A stretch of 64,000 bases of DNA from Felis catus (lineage: Eukaryota): positions 199,952,001-200,016,000 of the forward strand of contig NC_058368.1 of the NCBI RefSeq assembly GCF_018350175.1, written 5' to 3'. Each line of letters begins with the position of its first letter. Position 1 is the first letter of the stretch. The translations under genes and the position numbers were made by a program. The notes under the pieces were generated by a model. It had not been told where the DNA came from. It made no database searches and saw only the letters and a program-made list of their open reading frames with translations. Below, piece by piece: positions 12,931 through 25,150 of this stretch.

Positions 12931-14350
12931 CATTACAACAGAAGCTCTATGAGGGCAGTGGCTGTGTCTATCTTGTCTCTATGATTATCCAAGCCCCAGC
13001 ACAGAGCCTAGTACACCCTCAGGAAACATACTTGAATAAATGAATGAAGGAGTATGGCTAAACTCCACAATGAATGATACAAGCAAAATGTGACATAAAA
13101 ATTCAGCCATTTAAGCAGCTCCTCTCTCTTTAGGAAGCAGGTTTCCCTGGGTGAAGTCAGTGGATACTACAAATGACTCAGTGCACAGGGTTGCATTTTG
13201 AAATCTTGCCCTTTGTGGAATCAGGTCCTGGAAACAAGTAACCTGACTCTTCTGCCTCAGAGTATGTTCATTTCCCTCCCATAGTCTGGTAGCATCTGAA
13301 CTCTAAGGGCTGGCCCCCATTCCTCTGAATAAAGTGATTGTTCTCCCCCCGCCGCCAAGAAAGGTATACAACCCTGGCAGGCTAGAATTGCACTGGTGGC
13401 TGGCAGAATAGCTCCTCTATTAGGACTTTCACTACAGAAAATTAATTACAGTTCTAGTAGACAGAAACATCAAAACTATAGCAGAACAGGTTGAGCATAT
13501 AAACAATTGATTGTTTACAAAACTGAGTTCTTTATAAAACAGAGTCATGGGCACAGAACCCCACTGAGGCGGTGATTATTTTTGTAAGATAGCCTTGTAG
13601 ATTTCCTTCCTGGAGTTGTAGAGTAACTCCAAACATGTCACTGCTGCACTAATGTCCACAGATAGCTATAAATAAATAAACTTTTTTTTTACATTGAAAT
13701 AGATAAATTAATTTAAAAGTAAAATAAAATTTCCAGATGACTAAAAATATCAGAAATAACAAGAAAATATTCCAAGACTATTTTTAGCTTTGGAAAGAAA
13801 GGCTTGGATAGGGAAGTAGAATGGGGTGGACAAAACAGGTGGAAGGGAAGATTGGACATTATGGGGAAAGGCAGTAAAAGAGGGGAGAGTTGTGATCCAG
13901 CCATCTGGTCACAGGTATGTCAGTGCAGAGGACAGAGTGCCAAGGGGTCTGGCCAAGGAAGCTATGGGCAACCATGATGAGATAAAAAGGACCAGAAACC
14001 TACTATTTAGGGACATCAGACTGGACCAGCCCTGAAACTTCTCCAAACAGCTGAACTGCAGCTGGAAAGCTATGGTTTCTGATCTGTCATCAACAAGCAA
14101 CTTACTTTATTTAACAAGTTACTTAGCCTCTCCTATCTCCTCCATAAATTGAGATTTGGGGCTTAAAGTCCTCTACAATTCCATCCAGCTTTAATTTTAT
14201 AGCCCCATGAAACTGTATTTACCAAAGAGAGAAAGGATTGGGGAAGAGGGCAAAAGAGGAAGGGAGAGGTCCTCGGCAGGGGGCAAAAAAAGGGTCCACG
14301 TGAAACATGTACCAGATGGAAGAGCAAGTCACAATTCTAGAATGGTCTTT

Positions 14351-14574
14351 TTCTTTTTAAGTTTATTTGTTTATTTTGAGAGAGACAGAGACAGTGCAAG
14401 TTGGGGAGGGGCAGAGAGACAATAAAGAGAATCCCAAGCAGGCTCTGCAGGGCCGCATAGAGCCTGATGGGGAGTTTAAACCCACAAAGCCATGAGATCA
14501 TGACCTGAGCTTGACTCTGATCATGACATGATCAAGAGTCAGATGCCTAACCAACTGAGCCATTCAGGCACCCC
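14351..14574 (-). mobile_element. Can-SINE with internal palindromic insertion
   Basis: TSD GAATGGTCTTT at 14340-14350 and 14577-14587. Confidence 0.95.
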
Positions 14575-14909
14575 TCGAATGGTCTTTGAAAGGATGCAGG
14601 CTGCCTTATGCCCTGTATCAAGAAGAGATACCAAACTTCTGGTAATTCACTTGGGAAGACTAATTGCAGATGAGAAACTTGCATCCAGGAAAATTTACCT
14701 TTTGTGATGCATAAAAGTCTATTTTTCAAATAATTTTATACTGATTTCAAGATGTTCTTTATTGTCCAGAAGGATATACAAAGGCTTACTCCTCACCTAG
14801 CTCTCACCTATTCAGCCTCGGAACACAGCCATATGACATTTCACTTTGAGGTTTGCATCTACTTTGCAATTTTTAACTACCATCCTTTTGGGGAAATTCA
14901 TTTTGTAAA

Positions 14910-14981
14910 TGTGTGTGTGTGTGTGTGTGTGTGTGTTTGTGTGTGTGTGTATCTATCTATCTATACATACATACATTTATA

Positions 14982-15024
<43 letters not shown>

Positions 15025-15039
15025 GCATATACAAGCATA

Positions 15040-15085
<46 letters not shown>
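14910..15085. repeat. Compound microsatellite (GT)n-(TA)n-(GT)n
   Basis: Direct reading. Confidence 0.97.
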
Positions 15086-15087
<2 letters not shown>

Positions 15088-15984
15088 TCATGTCCTGTAC
15101 CAGGTGTGGGTGTGGCAAACAATGCAGTCAGACCACTTTTTCAGTGCCTCAGAAATTTCTCCAAAGTAGAGCTTCAGAGAGAAAAGGAAAGACACCGGTC
15201 TGCAGGTGCAGATCTCACATCTTCTTTGCTCTCCTGCAGTCCCCAAACCATGCAACAACCATTTGACTCTGACTCCAGTGCTAATTCCTGTTCTCAAGGC
15301 ACTGACCTCACTATGACATTTAATTTGCCTGTTATCCACTGTCTTCTCTGTATTTTAAGCCATATGGCTGTATAAGTTTAATCAGCATTAGATTAATTAA
15401 ACCCAAATTCAGTGTCTAAAGTGGGAGAACCATGTGAGAAGCTTCACTTCATTTAATGGCAATAACGGGAATGTGTTCAGAAACAGATACTCATGGGGAG
15501 AAAAAAAATATCCAGCTTAATGTAGCTAAAGCATCGAGCACTTGGATTTTGCTTAAGAAATTATTAAAGATGAGAAAAAAATGGTCTTTAAGCGATATCC
15601 TGTGATCACTTACTAATGTACTTGTATAATATAAGAGAGGGGATTTAATGTGATGTGTTCTTTGGGATGTCAGATTAGTTTCCACAAATTCTGAAACCCT
15701 GTTCTGATATTACCAAAGCTGGCTACACTTACTTCATAAGTAAGAATTCAATTATGATTTATAGGGGATATTTTTCAAGAGCATCAGAAATGGCAGCTTT
15801 CATTATATTTTCTGTTTAGAAAATAACAGGGTCTGCCAGTAATGCCCCTTTCATCAGGAGGAAAAAACAGGGATATGGAATATAAAATTCATCCTGAATA
15901 TAAGCTTTATTGATTAATTTATGTTCAGAATATTTTGTTTTATTAAAAATCTATGCATTTTTATCTTTAGAACAACAGAAATCA

Positions 15985-16221
<237 letters not shown>

Positions 16222-16747
16222 TCATTTTAAAAAAAGATAAGCTGGTAGTCTACATGGTGGACACATTGCTTCTATAATCAGAAAGAAGTAGTTTTACAAA
16301 AATAAAGTTGATAAATACCATTACATTCAATAGCAATGGGTTTGGGATTCTTATCAAGTAAAACACCTCTACTGAATTGTAATTAACATTGTATGAATTA
16401 TCTTTGGAAGTTTTCTCAGTATGAATTTATGTAACTGTTCTCATTCTGTGTGTATTTCAAGTGAGATTACTTTCTTCAAAGAGACTCATTCTTTAAATAA
16501 AAACAATGTGACAGCTTTAGCTATGATGTTTAAACAAGACTTTGTTAAAGGTTATTTACACTAATATCAAGTCCAAAAATAGCAGTGGGGTTTGGTTATA
16601 TATTGGCAAAGCAAACATTTACCTAAATTGGTAATGCTGGTAGCTGAGAAAATACTTCAAGCTTTTTGGTATGCTCCTGTGTATATATATGTCTCATTCA
16701 CTGCTTACACTTTTCAAACATGTAAGAACATCACATAAAATCTGTAC

Positions 16748-16859
16748 CTCGTACAGGAGCAATGGAGTTCACGACTTGAAATGTGGAGCTAACATCAGAA
16801 CAGATTCCAGTTGTGTAATGTAAATGTCCACATCTATAGGCATACAAGGGCCCACATGC
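16748..16859 (-). CDS. ITGA1: Integrin alpha-1 exon 5 (112 bp): ACGPLYAYRCGHLHYTTGICSDVSSTFQVVNSIAPVR
   Basis: ACGP...TGIC propeller-blade motif; acceptor ttttttaaaag|GCA, donor GAG|gtacag; phase 0 to 1. Confidence 0.98.
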
Positions 16860-16964
16860 CTTTTAAAAAATTAAAACCATAAGATTAAAAATTATATAAC
16901 AAATTTTATAAAGACTTACAATGACGGCATTCTTGGCTCATTAACTAACTCCTTGCTTTCTTAC

Positions 16965-17053
16965 CAGAAACCCTCCATTTGGGTTGGTGACTAAAGTTGA
17001 TCCAAACGTCATGTTCTCCTTTACTTCCGTGACATTGGGAATTGATGTATTAA
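16965..17053 (-). CDS. ITGA1: Integrin alpha-1 exon 4 (89 bp): (V)NTSIPNVTEVKENMTFGSTLVTNPNGGFL
   Basis: Acceptor tttctatttttag|TT, donor CTG|gtaaga; followed by a 105-bp intron (16860-16964); phase 1 to 0. Confidence 0.98.
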
Positions 17054-18179
17054 CTAAAAATAGAAACAAACTTTTATGAGGGTGGAAAACAAAGTAAAAT
17101 TAAGTGCCTTCTCGTTAGGATATTCTATTTGCTTTGTTCATATCATAGCACATTTTTCTTTTGATTCAACTAAATAGTCTTCAAAGTATTATTAAGGAAT
17201 ATAATGAACAAGCTAAGGCTGAAAACCTGGCTTATGTCCCAGAAATGTTGTCTGGATAACTGTCTCAAATACTTCTGCTGAACTGTAAAAGAATGCAGAG
17301 CTAGTGGGGCAATGAGAAAATGTGGGACAGCCTTTCACACATTTTTGCTAATTAAAACAAATAGAATACTTAACCTCATAATATTGTAGATATATAAAGG
17401 AAACTTAAACACTTACCTTGCATGCTATATCTGTATGTTATAGATGGCCAAGGATATAGCATCACTTCTGACAAGAAGAGGGAAAATGGGTAGTAGAGCA
17501 GAAAAAAACCCCACCAATATATATTTTGAACATCAATTTCACCATCATGGGGACATCATGAAGTTAACAAAGAAAACTAGAGCAAGAAGGAGTAGTGGTC
17601 AGGAAGTTCGGGTAAAAGAAACAATGAAGGGATGCCATTTGTCATTCCAGAGGGAATGTTGGGTCTTGAAGCAGGCCAACCTGGCAAAAGTGGCAGGAAG
17701 TTCCACTTATTCATATTGAAAAAAGACAAAACAAGACTGGGCAGGAAAATCAAAATTTTCTAAACCCTGCTTAGCAGAGTGCTGAAACATTTGAAAGTGG
17801 CAAAACTCAGGTTCCAGAAAGATTTACCTCACTCTTCATGCCCAAAAGTTTTTCCTACCTTAAGACCATTATAGATGCAGAGTGAGGAATGGAAGCAGAG
17901 ATTCCTGAATGGTCACACTGTCTTCCTAATGTGAGTATATTGGTCTTTGTCCCAGAGTTTAGTCTGGTTTGCCTTGAAAGCACCTGGAACTGGACCATTA
18001 TCTACACTGGTCTTGAATAATCTGGATTAGAGTTTTTTATACTAGAGTTGATCCAGGATGAGCTGGGACATTGGGATGTTAGGGACCACAGCAGAAATGT
18101 CTCCACTGTTGTCGATGCAGCTAAAATCTCCATGCTAATGTTAAAACTCCATTATAGTTTTTGGTAATGAAGGAGTAGC

Positions 18180-18980
18180 TCCTATTAGAACAAGTCTTTT
18201 GCAAATAACTCTAGGAAAAGGAAAAAAAAAAGAAAAAAGAAACAACCATCTGAAGGCACTAGAAAGCAACCAAAAGCAGACAGAAACTGGAGGGAAGTCT
18301 ATACTTGTAAGAAGAGATTAGCACTGGCTGAGTTTCCTGTTTATGTGCTTGCTTTCCCCCAAGGGAAGGTCCTAGCTATGGCTAAACCTCAAACAGTAGT
18401 CAAAGTCTTACTGTTTTGAATAAACAGAGGACAGAAATTAGGGTAATGACAGAAGCTGTAAAGTGAAGGGGTATATCTTGGAAAGTAGAACCACAAAAAG
18501 AGAGTTCTAACATACACACGTATGCTCTGTCCAAATATCTAAAGCACTTGAAATGTACATATATATGCAGAGTAAACTTCAAACAGCTCAGCTACAATAA
18601 GAAGAACTGAATGGAGATTTTAACTGCTTCCCACTGCAGTTCAGAAATTGAGTTCAGCCAAGTAAACTGTCTGCTAAAACAAAAAGTTAAGACTATTCAA
18701 AGGCAAATAACAGATCTAGAACCTCTACACTTATAACTCAAAGGTATAATCCAGGACATAATCCAAAATTACTAAACATAAGAAAAAAAAGGAAATGTGA
18801 CTCAATCTCAAGAGAAAGGTAATAAATGGACATCGATGTTGAGATATCCCACATGTTGTAATTATCAGGCAAGGATATTAAAGCAGCTATTATAACTATG
18901 TTCATAAATGTAAAGGAAAATGTTCATAATAAACAGGAAATTGAAAAAAGAGAACTGAAAAATAGAATATTTGAAATAAA
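18180..18980 (+). mobile_element. Ancient L1 (L1M-type) 5'UTR/ORF1-start fragment
   Basis: Motifs atccaggacataatccaaaattact, caggcaaggatattaaagcagctattataactatg resemble old L1 ORF1 N-terminal region; no open frame. Confidence 0.65.
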
Positions 18981-19189
18981 CTGTTAAAGTATGTGTTATT
19001 TTAATACATTTAATACTGTATAGAACACTGAATTGTAAGTCTTGGATAATTCTAGCAGGAATTTTCTAGTTATGTTCTAATTATAGTGATATTTCTATCA
19101 AATATATCCATTTCTACATGAATTTACCTTGTGCTATTCTCTTTAAAAGAATTCATGTACTATAATTCTTTCTCTGCTATTTTATTAAA

Positions 19190-19214
19190 AAATTTTTTTT
19201 AATGTTTATTTATT

Positions 19215-19257
<43 letters not shown>

Positions 19258-19413
19258 GAGGAAGAGAGAGAGAGGGAGACACAGAATCTGAAGCAGGCTC
19301 CAGGCTCTGAGCTGTCACCACAGAGCCCAACGCGGGGCTCAAACTCACAAGCCATGAGATCATGACCTAAACCAAAGTCGAACACTTAACCAACTGAGCC
19401 ACCCAAATGCCCC
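19190..19413 (-). mobile_element. Can-SINE, adjoined by (AAAC)n at 19427-19470
   Basis: Full SINE; TSD TGCTATTTT on both sides. Confidence 0.95.
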
Positions 19414-19684
19414 TGCTATTTTCTTTAAAAACAAACAAACAAACAAACAAACAAACAAACAAACAAACAATTAAATTTTGTGGGAGCAATGTAATGGGCC
19501 AGGTTTTCGGAAAGTTCTTTTATTTCTAAAGTTCGGAATCAAGATGTCATTTTATGTGAATTTTAATGATAAGAATTGAAGAACATTTATAGATTATTCT
19601 CATATTTTATTGAGTTAAAATTATTTTTAATGCAACTACTGAGTATAATTTAGGATCAGACTTTAATGTAAAGTCTTTACATAC

Positions 19685-19797
19685 CAGGCAGATCCAACTT
19701 TACGCAAGGTAATTGTTTGCTTCTCCCAACTGGACACTTATAGACATCTCCAGTTCTGTTCTTGGGTTGACCAACTAAAGGAGAGCCAATAAGCACC
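19685..19797 (-). CDS. ITGA1: Integrin alpha-1 exon 3 (113 bp): (W)VLIGSPLVGQPKNRTGDVYKCPVGRSKQLPCVKLDLP
   Basis: FG-GAP repeat motif (VLIGSP...GDVYKC); acceptor aacttccag|G, donor CTG|gtatgt; phase 2 to 1. Confidence 0.98.
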
Positions 19798-20339
19798 CTG
19801 GAAGTTAAATAACTCAGTTAGCATTTTTGAACAAAGAGAAACATTTATTTTAGTTATTTCAATGACAGTAGTTCTCATAGATATAATTATAGTTACCCTG
19901 TGTTAGTAATGCAATGCTATTGAAAATAAGCTGAGTTTCTTCCCCAAATTGCAGGTGATGTGAATTAAAAAATCATAAAATACATAGAAGAGAGATCTCA
20001 GAATATTTTATTTATTGTATTATATATCACTTTATTATATTTTTTATTTGGGGGCTGAAACAATACTTGTTGGTTAAGTCTGCTGCTATATTAGTTTATA
20101 AAACACACATGGTAGCATAAGTGACTTTTTCCTAGGAAGAACTAAGAATTTCACAGGGAAATTAAATATTTGATTATCATAAGATTTAATATTAGTATGT
20201 ACTAATTTGTAAGCACTTAAAAAATAAGGATAGTTATGAGACCCCAGGTTAAAATCACTTACTGTTTTTTCAGACAGAATTATAAAATCATTTTAATAAT
20301 AATTAATGAAAAAATATAATCATGATTTATTTTAGTTCT

Positions 20340-21200
20340 AGGAAGCCATTTAACAAGGTCTCCTATGATATCTTCAGGAATAGGATGAATGAATGTAGTT
20401 GAGTGTTAAGGCACTTGGGTGGATTCACAGCTGTTGATTTGCTGCTGGCTGAAAAGCCATATACAAAGATGCTGATCACTGCAAACCAAAGGACGTTAAT
20501 TATGTACATAAGACTGTACTTGGGATTGTCTTAGCATATATCTTTATTTATGACTTTTGTGAAGATACAGAAAGCATAAAGGTATGCGTCAAGGAAATCA
20601 ATATACCTATTTGGACAATCAGAAGTGTCACAACATTCTGGAACAAGAAACTTAATAAACTAGTTAAAGTTTAGTAAGAACCTATGTAAATAACTTCACT
20701 TAACTACATCAATACAGGATGTGGGCAATGTGATTTAATAGGAATTCATGTAAAAAAGACATGGGGGATTTGTTGATAGGAAGTAAGCATGAGCCAACTG
20801 TGTATTTCAGTACCAAAAAATGCTAATGTGACCTTAGGCTGCATTGCTGGAAATAGATGCCCTGGTCAAGGAAAGTGATCACCCCTCTGTGCTCTGCACT
20901 GTCAGACCATGTCTGTAATCTCCAAATTAAGAGGGACATAGGCACAATGGAATGTACTTAGGAGACTATGACTCAGATGATTAAGAGCCTGGTAATTTTG
21001 TCAGACCAGAGATGCTTGAGGGAAAGTTGGGGATGTTTACTATACAAAAAAAAAAATATCTGAAGGAGAGTCGAGAGGTTCTGTCAACTAAGTGTAGGTA
21101 CTTAGGGAATATATTTTTTTAAATATATAAATATTTGAAACTCTGTCATATTGAAAGGGATGGGGCTTATTTTGTGTGAATCCTTTGGGTAAAGCTAGTA
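20340..21200 (+). mobile_element. L3/CR1 LINE fossil (ORF2 3' region)
   Basis: atgagccaactgtg...ccaaaaaatgctaatgtgaccttaggctgcatt...ctctgcactgtcagaccatgtctg matches the recalled CR1/L3 core (20750-20915); outer limits approximate. Confidence 0.8.
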
Positions 21201-21679
21201 CGAATAGAAGTGTTTTATAACAATTGCAAATACTGAATTATTGAACAGAGTCCCTAAAACATAGTTATTGTAATGCCTTTGTAAAGCCATTCTTTATATG
21301 CATAAATAACCATAAAAATGTTTAAACCTTTTAATGCATAATTCTTACTTCTGGAAATCTATCCTTAAAAAATGGCCTAAATTAAGGGAAAAAAGGCTAA
21401 TGCATAAAAATAATGCTCATAGTGTTATATATAATATGAAAGATTAAAAGAAATATGGTCAACAGCAAGAACTAATTATTGCAGAGACATTCTATACAAT
21501 ATTTCAGTCATAAAACACAACAGCTAATAAGATTGCATGGTAGTATTAAAAATATTTATGACCCAATTCAAAGTAAAAATCTACCTAATTTAGTGAAAAA
21601 CTATGACAATTCAAAGTGAAAGATACCAAATTATATTCAATATATTCATCATAATAGCAATGATAATTATAGCTAGCAT

Positions 21680-21960
21680 TTATTAAATTTATACCTTATG
21701 CCAGATATTGTTCTAAGTGCTTTCCATATACCAAATAACTTAATCCTCTCCATTAAATATAGCATGAACTTTGGAGCCAGACTTCACAAATTCAAATCAT
21801 GTTTTTGTCATTTACTTAGTTGTATGATTTAGGAAAAATCACTTATCTTAGTTTCTTCATCTGTAAAATAGAAATAACAAGAGTACCTACCTCACAGTAT
21901 CATCACAAAATCTGAATGAGTTAATGTATATAAAATTTAGCTCATTGTATATGCTATTTA
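21680..21960. mobile_element. MIR SINE fragments in both orientations
   Basis: MIR core agtttcttcatctgtaaaatagaaataac; ctttggagccagac head. Confidence 0.75.
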
Positions 21961-22035
21961 AATGTTGGTTGTTGATGATGATGATGATGATGACTTTTTC
22001 AGCTGACAGGACTACTCAATGTAAAACATAGATTA

Positions 22036-22248
22036 GGGGTGCCTGGGTGGCTCAGTTGGTTAAGCATCTGACTCCTGATTTTGCCTCAGGTAATGATCTC
22101 ACAGTTTGTGGGATCGAGCCCCACATTGGGCTCTACGCTGACAGTGCTGGGTCAGCTTGGGATTCTCCCTCTCCCTCTCTCTCTGCCCCTTCCCCACTTG
22201 CTCTCTCTCTCTCTCTCTCTCTCTCAAAATAAATAAACTTAAAAAAAA
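22036..22248 (+). mobile_element. Can-SINE
   Basis: ggggtgcctgggtggctcag head, (CT)n, AATAAA/A tail. Confidence 0.95.
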
Positions 22249-23759
22249 TCCACATAGGTTAAAAAGGAGTTCACCAAAAACCAAATTACATTAAGGACGT
22301 TATGGTTAGTGTTCTTTCTCCAAAATTTTTAAAGATTTTTATAACATGATTGATTAAATTAGTTTTAGAGTTAAAACAATTTGGAGAAAAGTAGTGAGCC
22401 TACTATTTGGAAAGTACTTAAGTTGAGGCCACATAGATTGATCAATGTTTATTAAGAACATTCTATACACCCAGCATTTACATCAGGCCCTGTGGATATG
22501 AAATGGATCAAACACAATGGTTTTTAGATTGTTTAAAACTTAGGGGGGAAGCAAAACCATAAATGGATTATTATAATACTCAATAGGTCAGAACTTGGTG
22601 CAACTTCAGCAAGGTATTAGAAGCAAGGAGAAACAGCTCCCTTGATAATTCAAATAGCTCAGGGTAGCTGGAGTAGAAGTCAAAACTGTCAAGCTAAATA
22701 GAGTCTAGATCAGGAATGTTCTGATAGTCTAGTTTAAGAATTTTAGATTTATTATATGAAGGGGAGAGTTGGGAACCACCAGTGCTTTAAAGAGGGATGT
22801 GATATGATCAACTGCTTTACGAAGCTTGTTTGCTTGCAGTGTCATGAATACATTTTTGGGAAAGGGGCAAATTAGACTCAGAGAGTGAAAGTAGGGGTTT
22901 CTCGACCCAGACGAGAAAGGAGGATCTGAATTTAGGAAGTGGAGAGGAAAGGAGAACCAATTCTACAAATACTTAGACTATCAGCTGTCTTAGTTTGAGT
23001 TCCCCCAAAAGCAGACCCTCGACAAGGACGTTGGTGCAGGTAGATTTAGGGGAGTCAATTCAAAGCACAAACAAATGTGTTGATAGGGAAAATGATAGAG
23101 GGAAGGAAGAAAGGCCAATAGAATGCACTGATAATGTGTTACTTCTGTAGGCTTCTGGGCTCAGTCTTGCTGGGGACCATCTCAGAAACTACATGGAACA
23201 TATGTGAGCATTCTATGAGCATGGTTCAGGTGCTAAGAGTAAATGCTATTGCCTTAAGAGAGTACAGAGTAAGAGAGCTAAAGGAAAAAAAAATAGCACT
23301 TAAGATTTTAATGAGCAAAGGAAGAAAACTAGTAGCAGTGTCCAGAGAAGGAGAGAGACAATCAGAAAACAGTGGTATCACAAAAGCCAAAGAGGGAAGA
23401 AAATAAAGAATGGGAGTGTAGAGCAGACTTCGTTTCAAGAGTTTTGCTAAAAATGAGGGAGATGGGTCATGCCAATGTGTGTGGGTTTCTTTTTTTCAGG
23501 CAAACCATTAAGGGTTTGAGGTGGATTTAAGTTTATTATGGAAGGCATCTGGATATGGATAAATGATGTTGAGAAAAAGCTAGTAACAAGAGAAAGGCCA
23601 ATATTACAGAAGAGAAAAGAGATCCCCTGAGCTGGTAGAAAGTGTGGATCCAGAAGGACAAATTTGTCTTAGAAATGAGGAAAGGCCACGGATTCCCTAG
23701 GCAGGGATCTGGGTGGCCCAGTATCCAGAGGTTTGAAACTGTGGTAGATTGCTTAGAAT

Positions 23760-24295
23760 TTTTTTCACTTTTGCAATGTGACATTGTCCTTCACTGCCCT
23801 TCATTAATGCAGAATCTGTTTTGCCTCTTGTTGGAACTGGGACTTAGTTGATAAATAGAAGGCAGTCGAAATAGAGACATTGTGACTCCAAAGGCATGAG
23901 TAATGTATAGAATTGTGAAATCAATACATCGTACACCTGAAGCTAATGTAACATTACATGTCAACCATACTTTAATAATTTTAAAGAATGTATTACAGAT
24001 TCCACTTCACTCTTTTTGGAAATCTAAGACCACACACTGTGAAGAAGCCCAGTTTAGCCTAATGGAGGAGGAGGAGAGGCAACATGGAGGAGAAGCAATG
24101 TTTCAGCCGACAGCACGGACTGCCAGGCATGTGAGTTAAATCGTCTTGGGCCCTCCAGCCCCAAGTGAGGTACCAGATGAGCATTCATGCAGTTCCCACC
24201 TATGCAGTCCTCAAAATCTTGAGAAACAATATAAATTATTGTTTTAACTCATTAAGTTTTGAGATGATTTGCTATGAGCAAGAGATAAGTGAAAC
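23760..24295 (+). mobile_element. MaLR MLT1-type LTR fragment containing a short L1 3'-end piece (~23900-23985)
   Basis: MLT1 3' motif ataaattattgttttaactcattaagttttgagatgatttgctatgagcaa; L1 tail gtacacctgaagctaatgtaacattacatgtcaac. Confidence 0.65.
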
Positions 24296-24329
24296 AGGAA
24301 GGGAGGATAAAGTTTTAACCTTGGGCCCG

Positions 24330-24622
24330 TCCCTCCCTTCCTTCCTTCCTTCCTTCCTTCCTTCCTTCCTTCCTTCCTCCCTCCCTCCCTCCCTCCCTCC
24401 CTCCTTCCTTCCTTCCTTCCTTCCTTCCTTCCTTCCTTCCTTCCTTCCTTCCTTCCTTTCTCCCTCCCTCCCTCCCTCCCTCCTTCCTTCCTTCCTTCCT
24501 TCCTTCCTTCCTTCCTTCCTTCCTTCCTTCCTTCCTTCCTTCCTTCCTTCCTTTCTCCCTCCCTCCCTCCCTCTCTCCCTCCCTGCTTCCTTCCTCTCTT
24601 CCCTTCCTTCCTCCCTTCTTTC
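24330..24622. repeat. ~290-bp polypyrimidine (CCTT)n/(CCCT)n compound microsatellite
   Basis: Direct reading; almost no purines on the plus strand. Confidence 0.97.
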
Positions 24623-24936
24623 TTTGGAAAATAGTAGAAACATGAAATTTAGGGACAGAGGTAGTAGGGTGGTGGGCTTGTGAAGAGTAATGAAGATTTA
24701 AACTGTCAGGGCATACGTAGGCCAGTCATGCAGCCCCTCAGGCCAAGATAAGGTCAGGGGTGCTCTGGAAGTTGTTTCTAGTGTAGTTGTAGGACAGGCC
24801 TCCAAAGACATTTCCAACTCTAAGATTCCATCATCCAAATAGAGCAAATTATTAGTGTGTAGAGGAGTGCTGACTAGTTTAGAAAATGTACCATTAAGTG
24901 GGGGAAATTTAGGACAATTGATGAAAAGTGAATTCT

Positions 24937-25150
24937 TTTTTAAATTTTTTTATTTTTTAAAGTTCATTTTTGACAGAGAGAAAGAGCGTGCATGCACAAG
25001 CTGGGGAGGAGCAGAGAGAGATGGAGACAGAGAATGTCAGGCTGTCAGCACAGAGGCTGACAGGGGCTTAAACCCCACAGACCGTGAGATAATGACCTGA
25101 GCAGAAATCAAGAGTGGGACACATAACTGACTGAGCCTCCTAGGTGTCCC
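24937..25150 (-). mobile_element. Can-SINE (older, diverged)
   Basis: TSD TGAAAAGTGA(A/G)TTCT on both sides. Confidence 0.93.

Noticed and set aside
24165..24683. 172-aa and 123-aa ORFs (PSFL / GRKE repeats)
   Set aside because: Translations of the (CCTT)n microsatellite.
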